Virus record (IMG/VR): IMGVR_UViG_3300036803_000040
Location: 11,615-75,614 of that record
Direction: 5' to 3' (one strand)
DNA from: a virus
Taxonomy: Duplodnaviria; Caudoviricetes
DNA length: 64,000 nt
Shown: piece by piece, positions 62,260 through 64,000 of the stretch
Numbering within the stretch: the stretch's first letter is position 1
Layout of the letters: each line of letters begins with the position of its first letter
Position numbers and translations under genes: made by a program
Notes under the pieces: model-generated
Told to the model about the DNA's origin: nothing
What the model saw: only the letters and a program-made list of their open reading frames with translations
Databases searched by the model: none

Positions 62260-63732
62260 TCACGCGGCCACCTTCGGCACGCCACGCGACTCGATCGGCC
62301 TGGCCTTCACGCCGACCTGATCGTTGTACTCGTGCATCAGCTCGAGCATTCGGCCAGTCCCGGCCGAGAACCGGAGCGCCTGCACCGTGTAGGCCGGATT
62401 GCTCATCTGATGCAGCGCAGCCGCGGCCCACCGGTGATGCCCGTCGAGCACGTGGCGCTCGCTGCTGATCAGCATCATCCCGCCCTTCTGCGGATCCCAG
62501 CCCTTCGCCAGCGCCGCCACGGCGCCGCCGTTGATCTGATCCTGCGTCGCCTGCAGCTCGCTCGGCGCGATCGTCTCGACCTCCGCCGTCACGCGCTTGC
62601 CGCGCAGGAACTTCATAAAGCCCTGCAGGTTGTCCTTCGGGATCTGCGGCATCTCCGACCGGTGCAGCGCTCGAGCGTGCGACCGGAATAGGTTGGCGTG
62701 ATCACCGACCTGCAGCAGATGCAGCGACGATGCTGTGCCGTCCCCGAGCTCGTCGACGAGCTGCTCCGCGTCTTTCGGGGCGATCGCCGCCGGCAGCCCG
62801 CGCTTGAGCGCCGTCGCGGCCTCTTTGGGCGCCATGAACGCGTCGGTCACCCGGAACTCGCCGCGGTAGCCGCGGGGATGCTTGACCGGATCGAACGCCT
62901 CGCTGACGCCGGCGAACGGGATCGCCGCCACGTCCATGCCCATCTCGAGCAGCTGATCGCGGACGTCGAGCTCGGCCAGCAACGCGTCCGCCTCGTCGGC
63001 CTCCATCACCACGCCCGACGCTGCGCGCACTGCGTCGCGCGTGTCCGGCACGTCGCTCGGGCGCATCCACCCCTCGAGGATCGCCTCGCCGTAGCTGTGC
63101 AGGCTCGAGGTGCAGCCGTAGTGCCGCGGCGGATGCACTCGATCGAGCACCGCCCACGGCCAGAACTTGCCGGCCATGAACTTGCACGCCTCCGTGTGCT
63201 TCTGAGCATGCCCCAGCTTCCAGAACGCGCCGAGCGGCGACACCTGGCGCAGCTGCGAGCGTGTGACCGCGGCGATCGCCCTGGCCACCATCGCCTCCGC
63301 CCGCTGGCGTGCGTAGCGCTCCTCATCGGCGAGCAGCTGCCGGATCTTGGCCTGGCGCTCGTCGGGATCCTTGATCCGGAGCGCCTGCGGCATCGCGCTC
63401 GCCAGGCGGTCCGCGGCGTTCTTAGCGAACTCCTGCTCGAGCACCATCTCCTGCCGTGCGACCTCCGCTACATCGTCGCGCTGGCCCCCGTAGCTGCCGA
63501 GCTCGGCTGTCAGCCATGCCTGATGCTGCGCGCGCAGCTGCGCCAGCCACGAGACGAACCCCCCCAGAATCGCCGCGGCGGCGACACTCACCCCGCCAGC
63601 GCCGGCGAGCGCTGCCGCCGGCGGTACGACCGTGCCCGCGGCCGCGCCAACCCCGACCACCGCGGCGCCCGTGGCCGCGGCCCTGCGAGCTCGCCGCGGC
63701 GGCTGCTGTTGCGCTGCCGGCGGCTGAGCCAC
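62260..63732 (-). CDS. MuF-like head morphogenesis protein fused to HPR module and ParB-like domain
   Basis: FWKLG..KHTEAC..MAG...HPPRHYGC; EAFDPVKHPRGYRGEF; SELQATQDQI...VLDGHHRWAA. Confidence 0.8.
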   Translation of the reverse strand: MAQPPAAQQQPPRRARRAAATGAAVVGVGAAAGTVVPPAAALAGAGGVSVAAAAILGGFVSWLAQLRAQHQAWLTAELGSYGGQRDDVAEVARQEMVLEQEFAKNAADRLASAMPQALRIKDPDERQAKIRQLLADEERYARQRAEAMVARAIAAVTRSQLRQVSPLGAFWKLGHAQKHTEACKFMAGKFWPWAVLDRVHPPRHYGCTSSLHSYGEAILEGWMRPSDVPDTRDAVRAASGVVMEADEADALLAELDVRDQLLEMGMDVAAIPFAGVSEAFDPVKHPRGYRGEFRVTDAFMAPKEAATALKRGLPAAIAPKDAEQLVDELGDGTASSLHLLQVGDHANLFRSHARALHRSEMPQIPKDNLQGFMKFLRGKRVTAEVETIAPSELQATQDQINGGAVAALAKGWDPQKGGMMLISSERHVLDGHHRWAAAALHQMSNPAYTVQALRFSAGTGRMLELMHEYNDQVGVKARPIESRGVPKVAA

Positions 63733-64000
63733 TCAGCTGTTCCCGTTGAGCGCCATCGCCGTCTGCACAGCCGGGTCGGCGACGAGCTCGCGAAACAGCT
63801 TGCCGGCATCCCCGACCATGCGATCGACCTGGCCGCGAGCTCCCGCCTCGAGCCACTCCGCCTCGAGCGCCCCGTCGCCGGCGCCGCCCGAGCCCTGCGA
63901 ATTGGCGCCGTAAGGCTGCTGGCCCGAGTCCGGCGAATCGTTCGCGCCGGCGCCCGCGCCAGAGCCCGTGGCCCAGTCAGGCGCGCCCTGGCCCGGCGTG
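63733..64000 (-). CDS. C-terminus of a truncated CDS, probably the portal
   Basis: Open frame ...GALEAEWLEAGARG...ALNGNS-TGA directly upstream of the MuF-like gene; identity from synteny only. Confidence 0.5.
   Translation of the reverse strand, partial: TPGQGAPDWATGSGAGAGANDSPDSGQQPYGANSQGSGGAGDGALEAEWLEAGARGQVDRMVGDAGKLFRELVADPAVQTAMALNGNS

Overview
The window is about 64 kb of a high-GC tailed bacteriophage or prophage with a contractile (myovirus-type) tail. Essentially every credible gene is on the minus strand. Read in transcription order (right to left) it contains: the C-terminus of a probable portal; a MuF-like head protein fused to a ParB-like domain; a head-region polyprotein ending in a zeta-toxin-like kinase; an ~7 kb island of small accessory genes driven by five identical 18-bp promoter/operator cassettes (includes TGT/DpdA-like, Toprim and DUF3560 genes); more head-region proteins; a secreted Rpf-like muralytic protein; protease/scaffold, cement and Mu gpT-like capsid genes; two beta-helix spike proteins; neck, sheath, tube, chaperone, tape measure, baseplate and fibre genes; a lysis cassette; then recombination (RecT-like, PD-(D/E)XK), replication (initiator with iterons, DnaC-like loader), RusA, a tRNA-Pro(UGG), a Ku homologue and many small early genes. 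An actinobacterial host (possibly Thermoleophilia/Solirubrobacterales) is inferred, not shown. No terminase large subunit or integrase was recognised. The most striking unexplained structure is (i) a family of head-locus proteins built from recurring (L/I/V)xE-(A/G) sites followed by an F/W-x-P-x-K-H-P-R-G-x-x-G-x-F/W module, suggesting protease-released virion cargo including the zeta-like kinase, and (ii) two dispersed regulatory grammars, GATAAC-N4-T(T/G)ATC overlapping a -10 box and GGTAT-N17-TAnnnT ahead of mostly leaderless late genes. All protein family calls come from motif recognition by eye; no database search was run.
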